A DNA stretch of 64,000 nt. It comes from Octopus sinensis (taxonomy: Eukaryota). The DNA lies in the NCBI RefSeq assembly GCF_006345805.1, contig NC_042999.1:62682001-62746000 (forward strand), read 5' to 3'. Shown here in pieces: positions 1-11,165 of the stretch (its first letter is position 1; each line of letters opens with the position of its first letter). The notes beneath the pieces were generated by a model. The model was not told the origin of the DNA, did no database searches, and saw nothing but the letters and a program-made list of their open reading frames with translations. The position numbers and the translations under genes were made by a program.

Positions 1-345
1 AACTGGCCAGAGATGGAAAAAAACGATTTCAGTCAAAACGCATATATTCGTTTCTGCCAGGTAAGGGGTTAATCTGAGAGGTTACTCTATACTTCTGTAG
101 AGTACATGTTTATTCTTAACAGTGACGAAGTTTCAGTCAGTTAACCCATCATTGGACTGCAGTCTGGTGATGGTTTCAACTGTCCGAAACTTCAAAGTCA
201 CTGTCAACAATATTCCTTTTTTATGAACATATATATATATATATTGGCCTGCTCGCTTAGCCAGTGGCGTCATTTGAAGGCAAAACAATGCGAAGCACAT
301 TGTGACCAGCGATGTGTAGCAACATCTGATAGCCTGGTCGGTCAT

Positions 346-414
<69 letters not shown>

Positions 415-1769
415 ATTCTTGAATCAAAAATCAAAGAGGACACTATATAAGTTAAAGATAACTGTAAACCAGTTATATTTTACATATTTGATGTTTTAAC
501 AAGAAGACCCTGCTTTTTCTAATTCAACAAATCTGAGTTTCAGATGAGCTATTGAATTAGTGAAAGTAGAATTTCTTTGCTAAAACGTAACTAAACACAC
601 ACACACTATGTTCTTTGACAAAGTATTTTAGATGGTCCAACACTACAAACTGGTTTTATTAGCCAGTTGAAAATATGACACATTTCTAATACACATAAGG
701 AAAAATAATTATGATCATCATAAAACCAAATTTTTGCTCCAGCTTTAAGTTTTTGTAGTTAAGTGTGTGTGAGAGAGAAATTCACAGTTGGTTGTCAGGC
801 AGCATCGCCAACAGTTTTCACCCCATCATTAGCACTGCATCTTTGCTCATGGTAAAAATACTCTGTACTATCAAGCTGCAGGTACTTGCCTATATAAACA
901 GTTGCCATAAGGAACATGTTGCTTATCACTAGAAGCAGTAAAAATTTACATGTTTTGCCAGACAGACAAGTTTCCTGTTGTTCTGGGTAAAAGGCACAAC
1001 AAACAACTCTTGATGTGTTCTTTCACAAAACCCTTAAGATGTGCCTGCAGGGTATTCTGGTGATATCTCTAACTCAATGGGTGATGTATGCATGCCTGCT
1101 CATATATAGCATGGGAAAATGCAAGTAAAACAAATGTATATGTATAATTCACAAAGCTTTTGTGTATTGACTAGATGGTGCAGCATGAATTTCTCTGCAA
1201 AGTAAGCCAACAAGCAATGGCTGATTCTTAGTCCAAATCATTTTGGTAAAGGTGGTGGGAGTTAGGAGTGATAGAAACATTAGTATTACACACATTTCAA
1301 CCTGTTAAATTCTGCACAGGAAATAAAAGGCAACTGTAAATTAAGAAATGTGTAAAATAACATCTATTCTTTGTGCTTGTTAACCGAAAATATCAAATGT
1401 ATACAAAATTTCTTTGAAATGTAGACTTAAATAACAAAACAACTCAAATGAGTTTTTTTCCATTGTTTGGGAGAGACTTAAAATATAGCATTTAAAATAG
1501 CAAAATGAATTAGTTTGTGTCACCTAGAAACTTATATAGCAGCAATGACCATATGACAGACTTTTGAAATGTAACTAGAGTAACATTCTTTGTTGGTTAT
1601 GAATTTTTTTTTTTTTGAGAAATACAAATACCCTCTCATACACACACATACAGTGTAAGTACTATTACAATTTCTTCAAGTTTTCAAGAGTGATAATTTT
1701 TATCTATGTGGGTGGGCATGTATGTGCGTGTATTATCCCAGAAGTGCCATATGAGAATAATTAATGAAT

Positions 1770-2040
1770 ATATTTAACCATACGACCATTGCCAAAGTTG
1801 GAATATGGTTTGTATTATCAACACAACCTGCACAAGTCTCAACAGATGCAGCTCATGGCTGGATACTATACACACATACTTAAAAATCTAAATAAGAAAA
1901 CACTCATAAATAGATCTAACGTCCTCTGCAAAATTATTTATACACGATGTAGGAGGATACATTATGGAGGCTTTCTTAATGCAAACAATTTTTATAGCTT
2001 GGAGCTTTGTAAAAGCAGCAGCTTCATTTACATATGTTGA
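1770..2040 (+). pseudogene. Degenerate LINE C-terminal relic (I/Nimb-like)
   Basis: IRP(LP)KLEYG and MEAFLMQT...YSLEL resemble the post-RT segment IRSKLDYG...VESL...PLE of I-group LINEs. Confidence 0.35.
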
Positions 2041-2043
2041 CCA

Positions 2044-2540
2044 TGAAGATTTTTACATTATTTACATTCGACGGATGTTTGTTGTTAACACAACGTTTTG
2101 GCTGATATACCCTCCAGCCTTCTTCAGGTGTCTTGGGAAATTTTGAACCCGAGTTCTCATTTCCTAAGGTATTTTTCGATATTATTATTATTGTTCAGGT
2201 CACTGCTTGGAATCGAACTCGGAATCAGTAGCCCGCGCTCTTAGCTACTATGCCATATGCCCGTGGGCATACAAGATTTGCCTATGGGCATATGGCGTAT
2301 TGGTTAAGAGCGCGGGCTACTAACCCCAAGATTCTGGGTTCAATTCCCAGCAGTAACCTGCACATTAACAATATCGAAAAATACCTTAGGAATGAGAACC
2401 TAGGTTTGAAATTTCTCCCAAGACACCTGAAGAAAGCTGGAGGGTATATCAGCCAAAACGTTGTGTTAACAATAAAGAAGATGAGAACAAATATCCGTCA
2501 AATGTAAATAATGTACATAATTCCTCATCTCTTAAATATG
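2044..2540. mobile_element. Head-to-head inverted dimer of a tRNA-derived SINE with a hammerhead-like tail
   Basis: 2044-2270 is the reverse complement of about 2280-2520. Right copy has A box TGGCGTATTGG, B box GGTTCAATTCC and tail CTGAAGA-stem-AAAACGTT. Confidence 0.8.
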
Positions 2541-5500
2541 GAAATGAAGAAGTTTGTTTGAAATTGCCAAGCAGGCATCAACATTTGAAGTGCAATGAAG
2601 CCAGAAAAATGAAGAACACATGAAACCAAATTTTAAATTTACAGCCATGTTTGGAACATAGGCCTGAATTTTAGAATTTTAGAATTAGAATCTTTATATT
2701 AAATGCCTATGGTTATATTAAAAGCAAGCAATATTTGGTCTAGAACTATATTTTTGATTTTGCCTATTTTTTCTTCTAGATATTGGACCATCAGAGCAGT
2801 TATTAGGTAAGTATATCTCTACGTTGTATAAATTTGAATCGAATTGTACTTGGGCATAACAATTTTAATTTATAAAAAAACGTTCCAAACTTTTGGCCAC
2901 AACTGTATGTGATTAATATTAGAAATGTAGAGAGATTTTGGAAAATTCTTGTAGTTTTAACAGTATAACAAGGAGGTACATAGACATGAAAATCTAAACT
3001 CAGAAGTAGGAATTTTCTAAATAAAAATTATAATCATAATTTCAACACATACTTGAAAGAAGTATTTCCAATTTATCTCACACAAACACATACAAAGGTG
3101 GACTAATTTTCACTAACTGCTATTATAATTTACTTCATATATAAGTGGTTAACTCCAAGTTCTACAAAACAAGAACTAGAAAGGAATTTCAAGAAGAAAA
3201 CTCTGGACAAAAGGCATAATGTGTTTAGCCCACAATCATAATAAAGAATTGGTGTAAGTAAAGTTGGTGATAATAATGATGAGTTATTAATGAAACTCCT
3301 GTAAAAATCACAACCTAGAAATTCTTAATATATATCCATAACCAAAACACATTTTAAAAGGGAATAAAACTTTATTCAGATATTTTTAGGGCTTTTTCTT
3401 TACAGCTTAAAATAAGAAGAGACAGGTTTGTTTTATAGTAAATTCTAACAATATATATCTTTACTTCCAAAAGACTGCATAGTAAAAATAGATTAATGAA
3501 TTAACAGTTTACATAAAACATACTTGGTGATGGGGATCATGTCTTATTTTACACTTGTTCTTATAAAATGTGTATTTTAAATGTCTAACATGATTCATCC
3601 AAGATATAATTGTTTCAGTTCCAACACACAATATCCAATCAAATCATCTAACATGTACAACTTCAAAACAAATTAAAAGTTATGTGAGTATCATTCAAGA
3701 GAATACCAAGAAATTAAAAACCTCTTAAATCCTGCTACTAATTTATTGATAGTTTCAAATTTCTAAGCTTTTTTTTTTTCTATGTCTTTTCAGAAATGTA
3801 TACTGAACATCAGAGTGGTAGTTTCTAGTGTATAACTAGCTAAATGTAATGAAAGGAAGAAAATTTTAAAAATTGAAAGCAAACTCACTGAAATCATGAA
3901 GTGCAAAGAAAGAAAATATTGAATCAAGGGATTCCAAATATTTCTTCTGAACTTGAATCGAGATTTTGCAAGGTTTGTGTCTATTGGGGAGGTGCAGGAA
4001 ACACTAAAGTTTATTTTTATTGAGCTAACAAAAAGATCAATAAAGCAAGCTATACAATTACTTTTCTTTCGGCTATTCAGAAACATTCCTATCAACCCAC
4101 ATCACCTTGTCAGCATTAGCATTGATAAGTTTCTTTTCTAGGTACAAGGAGTTAGTTGAATACATTGACTCCCAATACTTGACTGACAAGTGAAGTTGAC
4201 ATTAGCAGGATTTGAACTCAGAAAGTAAGAGAGCCAGAACATAATAACACAAGACAATCCAATACTAACCAAAACATAATTAGTCAAAAATTTCTCAAGC
4301 CATCATACATAATATTACGAAAAGCGTTAGAGATACCAATCATAAAATTATAGAGTGCATATCACTCTATATTCTATTTAGTTACCATCAACAATTTCAA
4401 AAGCAGTTCTTTATAAATCTACAAGAAAGTTTAAACAAAGAAAAATTGGTTACTTAGAAATAAAACAAACTAGAAACAAGAACTTAAAGAACATAGCGAG
4501 CAGACCCATAAGACCATGACTATGTTTTTAAAAAAATCTAACGCAATTTCATTGATCAAGAAATTAGGCCAGCTCAATTCAAACTGACATGAACTCTGAG
4601 AGACTTCCATGTAAAAACAGTTCAATTTTTTTTACTGTTGGTTTAACTTAAAGAAATTAAATTAATTAGATCTACAAGAATTATGGTTACTTGCTTGATA
4701 ACCTTGTTACTGACAAAGGTAGAGATAGAGAGGGTTAGAAATACTTAAATGTCACACCATGCCTGAGGCATTTGAATTAACATGTACAATATATATAGAG
4801 AGAGAGATATCTGAAATTACTCAAGCTGACAGAAATGGAAACCAAATCCTCAAATTACATGTTATCTTAAAAGGAAGATATACTGCAGTTTTGGACATGT
4901 TATGCACAAAAAAAAAATAAATAAGAGGATCATGGTTAAAATGTCATTGATCATAAGAATATTCAATCAGAATCTATAATTCTCACACAGAGCCTCAGAT
5001 ATAAACTTGAACTCAAACTAGATATTAACCAACAATTGCACACAAAAGACAGTTTCTACAATTGTGTTTTGGGATTATAAATCACATCTAATAATTATTA
5101 TCAAAATGATTGTCATTGATAAGATAAGGTTTTTATATATGCATATAAAAATCATGTAAATATATATATGAAGGCACATTGGAAGAAACATCAGAGCCTT
5201 CTGTTTTTCCTGTTTATGTTAGAATTTTCATATACAAAAAGAACCTGGGGATGTCAAGACATTAAGAAATACTTTTTGCCAGTATTTAAATAATTAAGAG
5301 TCACAGTCTCTGCTAATTCTATTTAAGAGTATACTTCTAGACTTCATCTAAAACAATTTTGAGGTTATGACAAACAGGTCTAACAAAAAAAAGTTTTCTA
5401 AAAAAAGCAAAAGGATAAGAATTCCACCTTAGCTGAGGTTTATCCAGTTTTAATTTTTTAAAAAAATTATTTTAGTGTAAAGCTAGTATTTTGTTGTATT

Positions 5501-5834
5501 GAATTCCTATCCTACAGTGTTACATAAAAATTGATATTGGCTATTAAACAGAAGACGATACATGCATACATTAATTATACCCAAACATTACTATTCAAAA
5601 TACAAGTGTGCACATATACACTCACACATACATATATGTGTGTGTGTGTGTGTGTGCGTGCATGTGTGTGTATTATTACATAAGGTTTCTAAAGAATAAG
5701 ACTACACCTATAAAAGTTGAAATGTTTCAAATGCTAAAGATGGCTTTTTTTGCTATGCAAACACACAGACAGACACACACACACACAGAATAAATGAAGA
5801 GAATTATTTGCCCTTCAAATGACATGATGTCTAC

Positions 5835-6411
5835 CTTGAAGCTAATGTATCCCTGTGTAAAGGATCTTCTCTGTCGGCAGCAATTGCTGCATTAATGTCG
5901 CATGGGCCTGTTGTAGGCTGTTCCGGCGGCATGGCACAGTGGCCCAATTCAGCAGGTGCACCGGCAGATTGTTGTTGTGGCTGCTGCTGCTGTTGCTGTG
6001 CTGCTGGTTGCTGTTGTGGCTGCTGCTGCTGCTGTTGTTGATGCTCCCGCATCTGCTGTTGCTGCTGATCCCGTTGCTGTTGTTGTTGTTGCTGGTGATG
6101 TTCCCGCTGCTGTTGTTGGTGGAGGTGTTGGTGGTGCTGCTGTTGGTGGTGGTAGTGATGGTGGGCTCTCCTGTTAGAAGTGGTCTCAACACAGTCCCCA
6201 GCTGCAGCAGCACCTGCAGCTGAAATGCCTGAATGAGCAAGCAATGGCTGCATAACATTGTCACCGCTCGGAGAGGAGGCAGCTGCTTTGCCGCCTGCTG
6301 CAGCTTCCACTTCTTTATTGCAGTCTGTATTTGCCAATGTTGGGTGCAAAAGAGGCGGAGGAAAGTTAACATCAGCACAGGTCATCAGTTCATCCACAGA
6401 TGCTGCAGATG
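5835..6411 (-). CDS. NBR1: NBR1 exon 17 (Ala-rich plus poly-His/Gln region); ends either at donor GTAGAC (5834) or at in-frame TAG (5831-5833)
   Basis: TTATTTCAG acceptor in phase 1 matches exon 16. The exon is open for 577 nt (ORF 5831..6442). Confidence 0.75.
5965..6150 (-). repeat. Coding CAG/CAA/CAC trinucleotide repeat (polyQ/H) in NBR1 exon 17
   Basis: Mixed (CTG)/(TTG)/(GTG) runs on the plus strand, in frame with the exon. Confidence 0.9.
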
Positions 6412-6519
6412 CTGAAATAATAATAAGAGAAAGCCATTGCAATTACAATAGCTAGTATTAAATGTAAACAAAACAAAGAATTTACATTAAATTTTCAAAA
6501 AATAACACCATCAATAACA

Positions 6520-6803
6520 AGGGTAAAATCTCCCTTTGGTCATGAATGACCATGGGATCAAACCCAGAAAGTTACATCGTTTATGGAAGACCAACAGTCG
6601 CCTGTGCATACCAGACTTCCCTCTCCATGCCACTGATGTTATTCAAAGGAAAGGCAAAGGTCAATACAGCTTGGCATCAGTAATGTCACAACTCATTTCT
6701 ACAGCTGAGCTCAAGAACACAACACACAGCCTAGTCTGGGAATCAAACTCACTACCTCATGGTTGTGAGCCCAATGATCTAACCACTGAACCATGCGCCT
6801 TCA
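6520..6803 (-). mobile_element. tRNA-derived SINE (same family at 14085-14402 minus and 52207-52530 plus)
   Basis: Plus copy at 52207 shows the head GGCTCAGTGGTTAGAGCG...TCAAATCCC followed by the CORE-like TTGAGCAAGACAC. Confidence 0.75.
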
Positions 6804-6969
6804 CATCAATAACTAACATTAGTTATAAGTAAGCTGGAAACAAATATCATAAGACAATGTAACCCACATTGTATGTAACAGCACTGTAAAGTCGACAATA
6901 GTATTTCATAAGATTATAGATCCACTACCTGTGAATATAGTTTAGTTCAGTGGAAGTGGAGGGTTTTAG

Positions 6970-8390
6970 CCGGTCTCTGTTTCTCTTTTTTTTTTTATTG
7001 GTTTAGTCTGAAGGGGCAATGTGTGTGTGTGTGTGTAGGTATGTGTACCTATAGCTTGTACAGGCTCTCCAAGACCAGTGAGATTGACACAATGTTCCTC
7101 TTGAACAATCAATAACAGACAAGACAACATGTGCAAGGAGAGAATTCCAGTGGACCAACATTCAGATAGAATGTGTAAGTTAGTGTGGGGGCCTGGATGA
7201 TGAATGCAATAGTGAATGGCAAGGTCGAGAAGCGAGTCAGGAGTTTCGCAGTAAATGTAACATGAGGTCAGCCCGCCCCAACAAACAGCAGCCATTGTAG
7301 AAGTAGGAAAAGCTAAAAGAGGAGACTAAAAGACTGTGGATCAGAAGTTGGAGTGTAATAGTGAGCAACTTCACATTAATCAGTCAAGTGGCCTTTCTAT
7401 GAATATGGTCAAAGATGTTTGTGTAAAACAGCACCATCTATTGAAAGTCTTAGTTGAACTTTGTAGAGAATTGGTACAAGTTGAGTGCTAAATTAATTTT
7501 GGGCTGAGAAGGAAGGCCTTTTTCTTTTTTTTTTTTTGTGAGAATGTTTTTTATATTGAGGGTGTGCGTATGCCAGGAGAGATCCTCAGTCACAGTGAGG
7601 ACTATTCTTTGTATTGATTTGAAGGTTCTAGTAACCTGCTGTTCCATGTTTAGGAGAAGTGAGGTACAACAATGTTTCCTAGAAATGTTTAGTGCATTGT
7701 GTCTTTATACTGCAGAAGGAGCCAAGATTGGTATAAACCCACTGAAGATGTTTTGAAGTATCTGTTCATGGACTGAGAACAAATTTGGTGTGAGGGGATA
7801 GGATGCAAGTAATGATATTTGGGTGCAGCAGATCATGAGGTAAGATTAGTATCATCTGCATAGAAATGGATGTCATGCTGATATTAAGATATTTGATGAA
7901 TAAAAAGCAAATCTTAGAGGATGCCAGAGTTAATAGATTGTAGGCTTGAGAGAGCTTCCTCAGCATGTGCTGACACATTGTAGTCATAGATGGGCAGCTT
8001 TGTTAGTTTTTTCTGTGCCAGACATGATCAAAAGCCTTGTTGATGTTGAGGGCACTGTAACTACTTTCACCAAACACCTTGAAGTTGAGAGAGCCTACAG
8101 GTGACACTGGAGAGAACTCTTCAATGGATCTGATTTTATGAAAGGTGTACTGGTGGTCACTAAGGAGAGAGGGTGATTTAAGATGTTAGAGAAGATTGTT
8201 GTTAATGGATCTCTTTCATCTTTGAGATACTGAAATGGTGTGCAAATACTTTGATAGATCTTGTAGAGAGTGAGATTGAAATGTTTGGTTAGTAGCATGC
8301 ATTGTACGGAACAGTGTCAAGTTCAGTGGACTTGTTAGTTTGAAGGAAGTGGAGTTGCTTTTGCATTTGGCATGTGGCCTGATAGAGTAG
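6970..8390 (-). pseudogene. Degenerate LINE reverse transcriptase relic (CR1/L2/Jockey-like)
   Basis: Broken translations retain NINKAFDHVWH and HFYADDTNL, with many stops and frameshifts. Confidence 0.7.
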
Positions 8391-8417
8391 AAAGGGATTT
8401 TTTGACTATATGCAATT

Positions 8418-8580
8418 ATCATCATCATTTAACGTCCGTTTTCCATGCTACCATGGGTTGGACAGTTCGACTGGGGTCTGGAAGCCATGGAGGCTGCACC
8501 AGGCTCTAGTCTGATTTGGCAGTGTTTCTACAGCTGGATGCCCTTCCTAACACCAACCACTCCGTGAGTGTAGCAATGTG
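8418..8580 (-). repeat. Short RTE-3'-end copy; representative of about 20 dispersed copies (e.g. 12328-12590, 14952-15305, 17515-17912, 21908-22310, 29490-29765, 29905-30130, 33927-34170, 42617-42965, 44418-44805, 46695-46822, 48100-48300, 50540-50746, 51625-51910, 53110-53635, 58135-58262)
   Basis: All share CCAACCCATGCTAGCATGGAAAGCGGACGTTAAA(TGA)n and AGGAAGGGCATCCAGCTGTAGAAAC with the RTE 3' UTR. Boundaries approximate. Confidence 0.85.
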
Positions 8581-8746
8581 GAGTCAAATACAAAGCATGC
8601 AGTAGATGTGGAAGTTTCCTCCACTGAAGTACTTCTTACAGAACTCTTGTGAATATCAAGTTTTTTCAAATAACCCAGTGGATTATTCGACACTCAATAA
8701 AACAGAATTCTAGGTGTTAAAATATCTGAGAAGTGTTGGAACTTAC

Positions 8747-8980
8747 CAGGTGAATGTTCAGTGTTGTTATTGCTAACTATGGTGTTATGGTTATTGTCCA
8801 CTTGTCCAAGCTCTGTATCCAAGTGAGGTTCACTTGACCCAGCACCTTCCGATGTTCTTGGCTGCAAGGGTTTCATTGGATCGAAACAGTCTGGTAGTGG
8901 TACGATGTAGAAGTCGCTGTCACTTTGACTCAATTCATCATCACTCAGGGTATCAAGTGATTCTACATCAGCTTCCAAAT
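8747..8980 (-). CDS. NBR1: NBR1 exon 16 (LIR1: SQSDSDFYIVPLPDCFD)
   Basis: CTTTAG/GTAAGT boundaries, 234 nt, phase 1-1. Matches NBR1 LIR1 SEDYIIILPECFD. Confidence 0.95.
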
Positions 8981-10997
8981 CTAAAGAATTTTTTTTCATA
9001 AAAAAATTTCATTTTATATTTTTATTGTTTATATCTTTAAAACTAAAAGAAAAAAAGCCCCATTAGAGTAAAAAGAAAAGATATAGAAATAAACTTTTAT
9101 ATTTCAGAGTTATACTTTGTTTGCAAGTGACCCGATTTGAGATTGTGTGGTGACAGCAACATCATGATGCAGTCATGACAACCATCTACAACAAAGACAC
9201 ACATACACACGTGTACACACACACACACACACACCAATTTGCTTTCGTTTTATTTCTTGTTGATAGATACACAATAAAACTTTGATATTTTATGGTGTAT
9301 AATACTAACTGATCACTGACAATCCCTCTGCATAAATTTATACAGAATGGCCATGTAGTTAAAAGTTTTCTATGCATCTACATAATTCTGTGTTCAATCC
9401 CGTTATGCAACACACCTTCTGCAAAGTGTTTCCTATTACAAACATTGGAATTACAAACCAATACTTTGTGAGTAGAATTTGATTGACAGAAAAAAGACCA
9501 TCCCACACACAGAGTTTGTGTGTGTATATGCACATACATTTACACTGCTATTGTATTTATGTTAGATAACTTTATATCCTGTAACTATGAGGTTAGGCAA
9601 AGAGATTAATAAAATAAGTACCCAGCTGAAATAAATGACTGCATATGTGTGTATACATGCTTATATATATATATATATATAAATGATGCTGTGCAATGAA
9701 ACTGAACTCAGAACCATGTGATTGCAAATTGAATTTCTTAACCACAAGGCCATTAAACCAATAAACAAAAAGAACAGGACATGACAAATTTCATTGGCAA
9801 AGTTACTAAAACCCATTTTAGGAAACCAAACAGAAAAAAAACTAAAATAAAATAGGCTCAGTATATAAAGTTAATTCTGTACAACAGATAAGGGAAGGAA
9901 AAAGAAATACAAAACAAAACTGCAAAATATCATTGGAAAAACCACACATACATGCTTGCTTATAGTTGAGGTAGAAAATAGAAAAATGTTTTGCACATGC
10001 ACTTACATGTATGTGTCTTCAGCTCTACCTTTAGTAATTAGTCAGGAGATGAAGGACAGCAGCCATGATTTATCAAGGCTACTGTCCTTTAATGTTACTA
10101 TCCTATGTCCAGACTAGCAACATTGGTACTTCTAATACTATATTTATTTCTTTATTGCCCAAAGTATGGGGAGGGGGCTAAACATAGAGGGGACAAACAA
10201 GGACAAAGAGATTAAGTCAATTACATCGACCCAGTGTGTAACTGGTACTTATTTAATCAACTCTGAAAGGATGAAAGACAAAGTCGACCTCAGCAGAATT
10301 TGAACTCAGAACATAACAGCAAACGAAATACCACTAAGCATTTCGTCTGGTGTGCTAACGATTCTGCCAGCTCACCGCCTTTAATACTTCTAAAACTATA
10401 TTGTGCATCCAAGGTGGTGGTATTAAACCAGGCAGCATGTTAGCCCTACCATTAAATGTTTATGTGTGTGTATACACATGTGAGCATGAGCACATGAATA
10501 GAATATATATGAAAATGGTTTACATGCAACCATCAGGTGACTAATAATCAAGAAAGTGTGTTTGGAATTATTGAATTTCTACTTCTAAAGTGTGTGTATT
10601 ATATTATATACATATACACAGTGTTCCAAGTTACTCAAATAATGGACCAACATACTCACTGAATTAAGTGGCTAAATATTCCCCAGCCCCTTCTTGACAT
10701 AATGCTTGGAAAGAATCAGCTTGACACAGACTGCAGTGAAGCTGGGCCACTGAATTACAAGTAGAGTTTCATCTGTCTACCCAATTTCACTTACAAACCT
10801 CGGGTCATGCCATTGCAAGGATATAGTAGCAGGCACTTATGATGCAGTGGAATCAAATTGGGACCTTATGATTGTAGGGTACACATTTGATAATGGGTTT
10901 GCTCAATCATAGGTCAATTGGAGCTAAACTACAGCAACAACACACACACACAGATATACAGACAATGCAATCTATAATGCAACATCAATCCACCTAC

Positions 10998-11165
10998 CTC
11001 TTTTAGGGTAGAAACTACCAAAGTTTTGTGCCCAATCTTTTGCAAAAGGATTGTAGTCTGTATCAAGTTCATCAGGCAACAATGCCACGCTGCTACTACT
11101 GCTGCTGCTGTTGGAAACTGTAAGCTGGTCCATATCAGGGGTAGGTGACTTGGGAGGGCTCACAT
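10998..11165 (-). CDS. NBR1: NBR1 exon 15 (DVSPPKSPTPD...SSSVALLPDE...)
   Basis: GACAG acceptor and GTAGGT donor, phase 1-1. An alternative in-phase donor would end the exon at 11019. Confidence 0.8.

Noticed and set aside
120-212. SECIS element
   Set aside because: Spacing between GTGA and the AA motif does not fit, and no selenoprotein ORF is evident.
2286-2365. tRNA gene calls for tRNA-like heads (also 52207, 51050-51130, 45330)
   Set aside because: They have A/B boxes only, no complete cloverleaf or acceptor stem, and run into SINE bodies.
5842-6455. Alternative-frame ORFs (poly-Leu, poly-Val/Ala, poly-Ser/Asn) over the polyQ exon
   Set aside because: By-products of the trinucleotide repeat; only the Q/H frame matches the splice phase.
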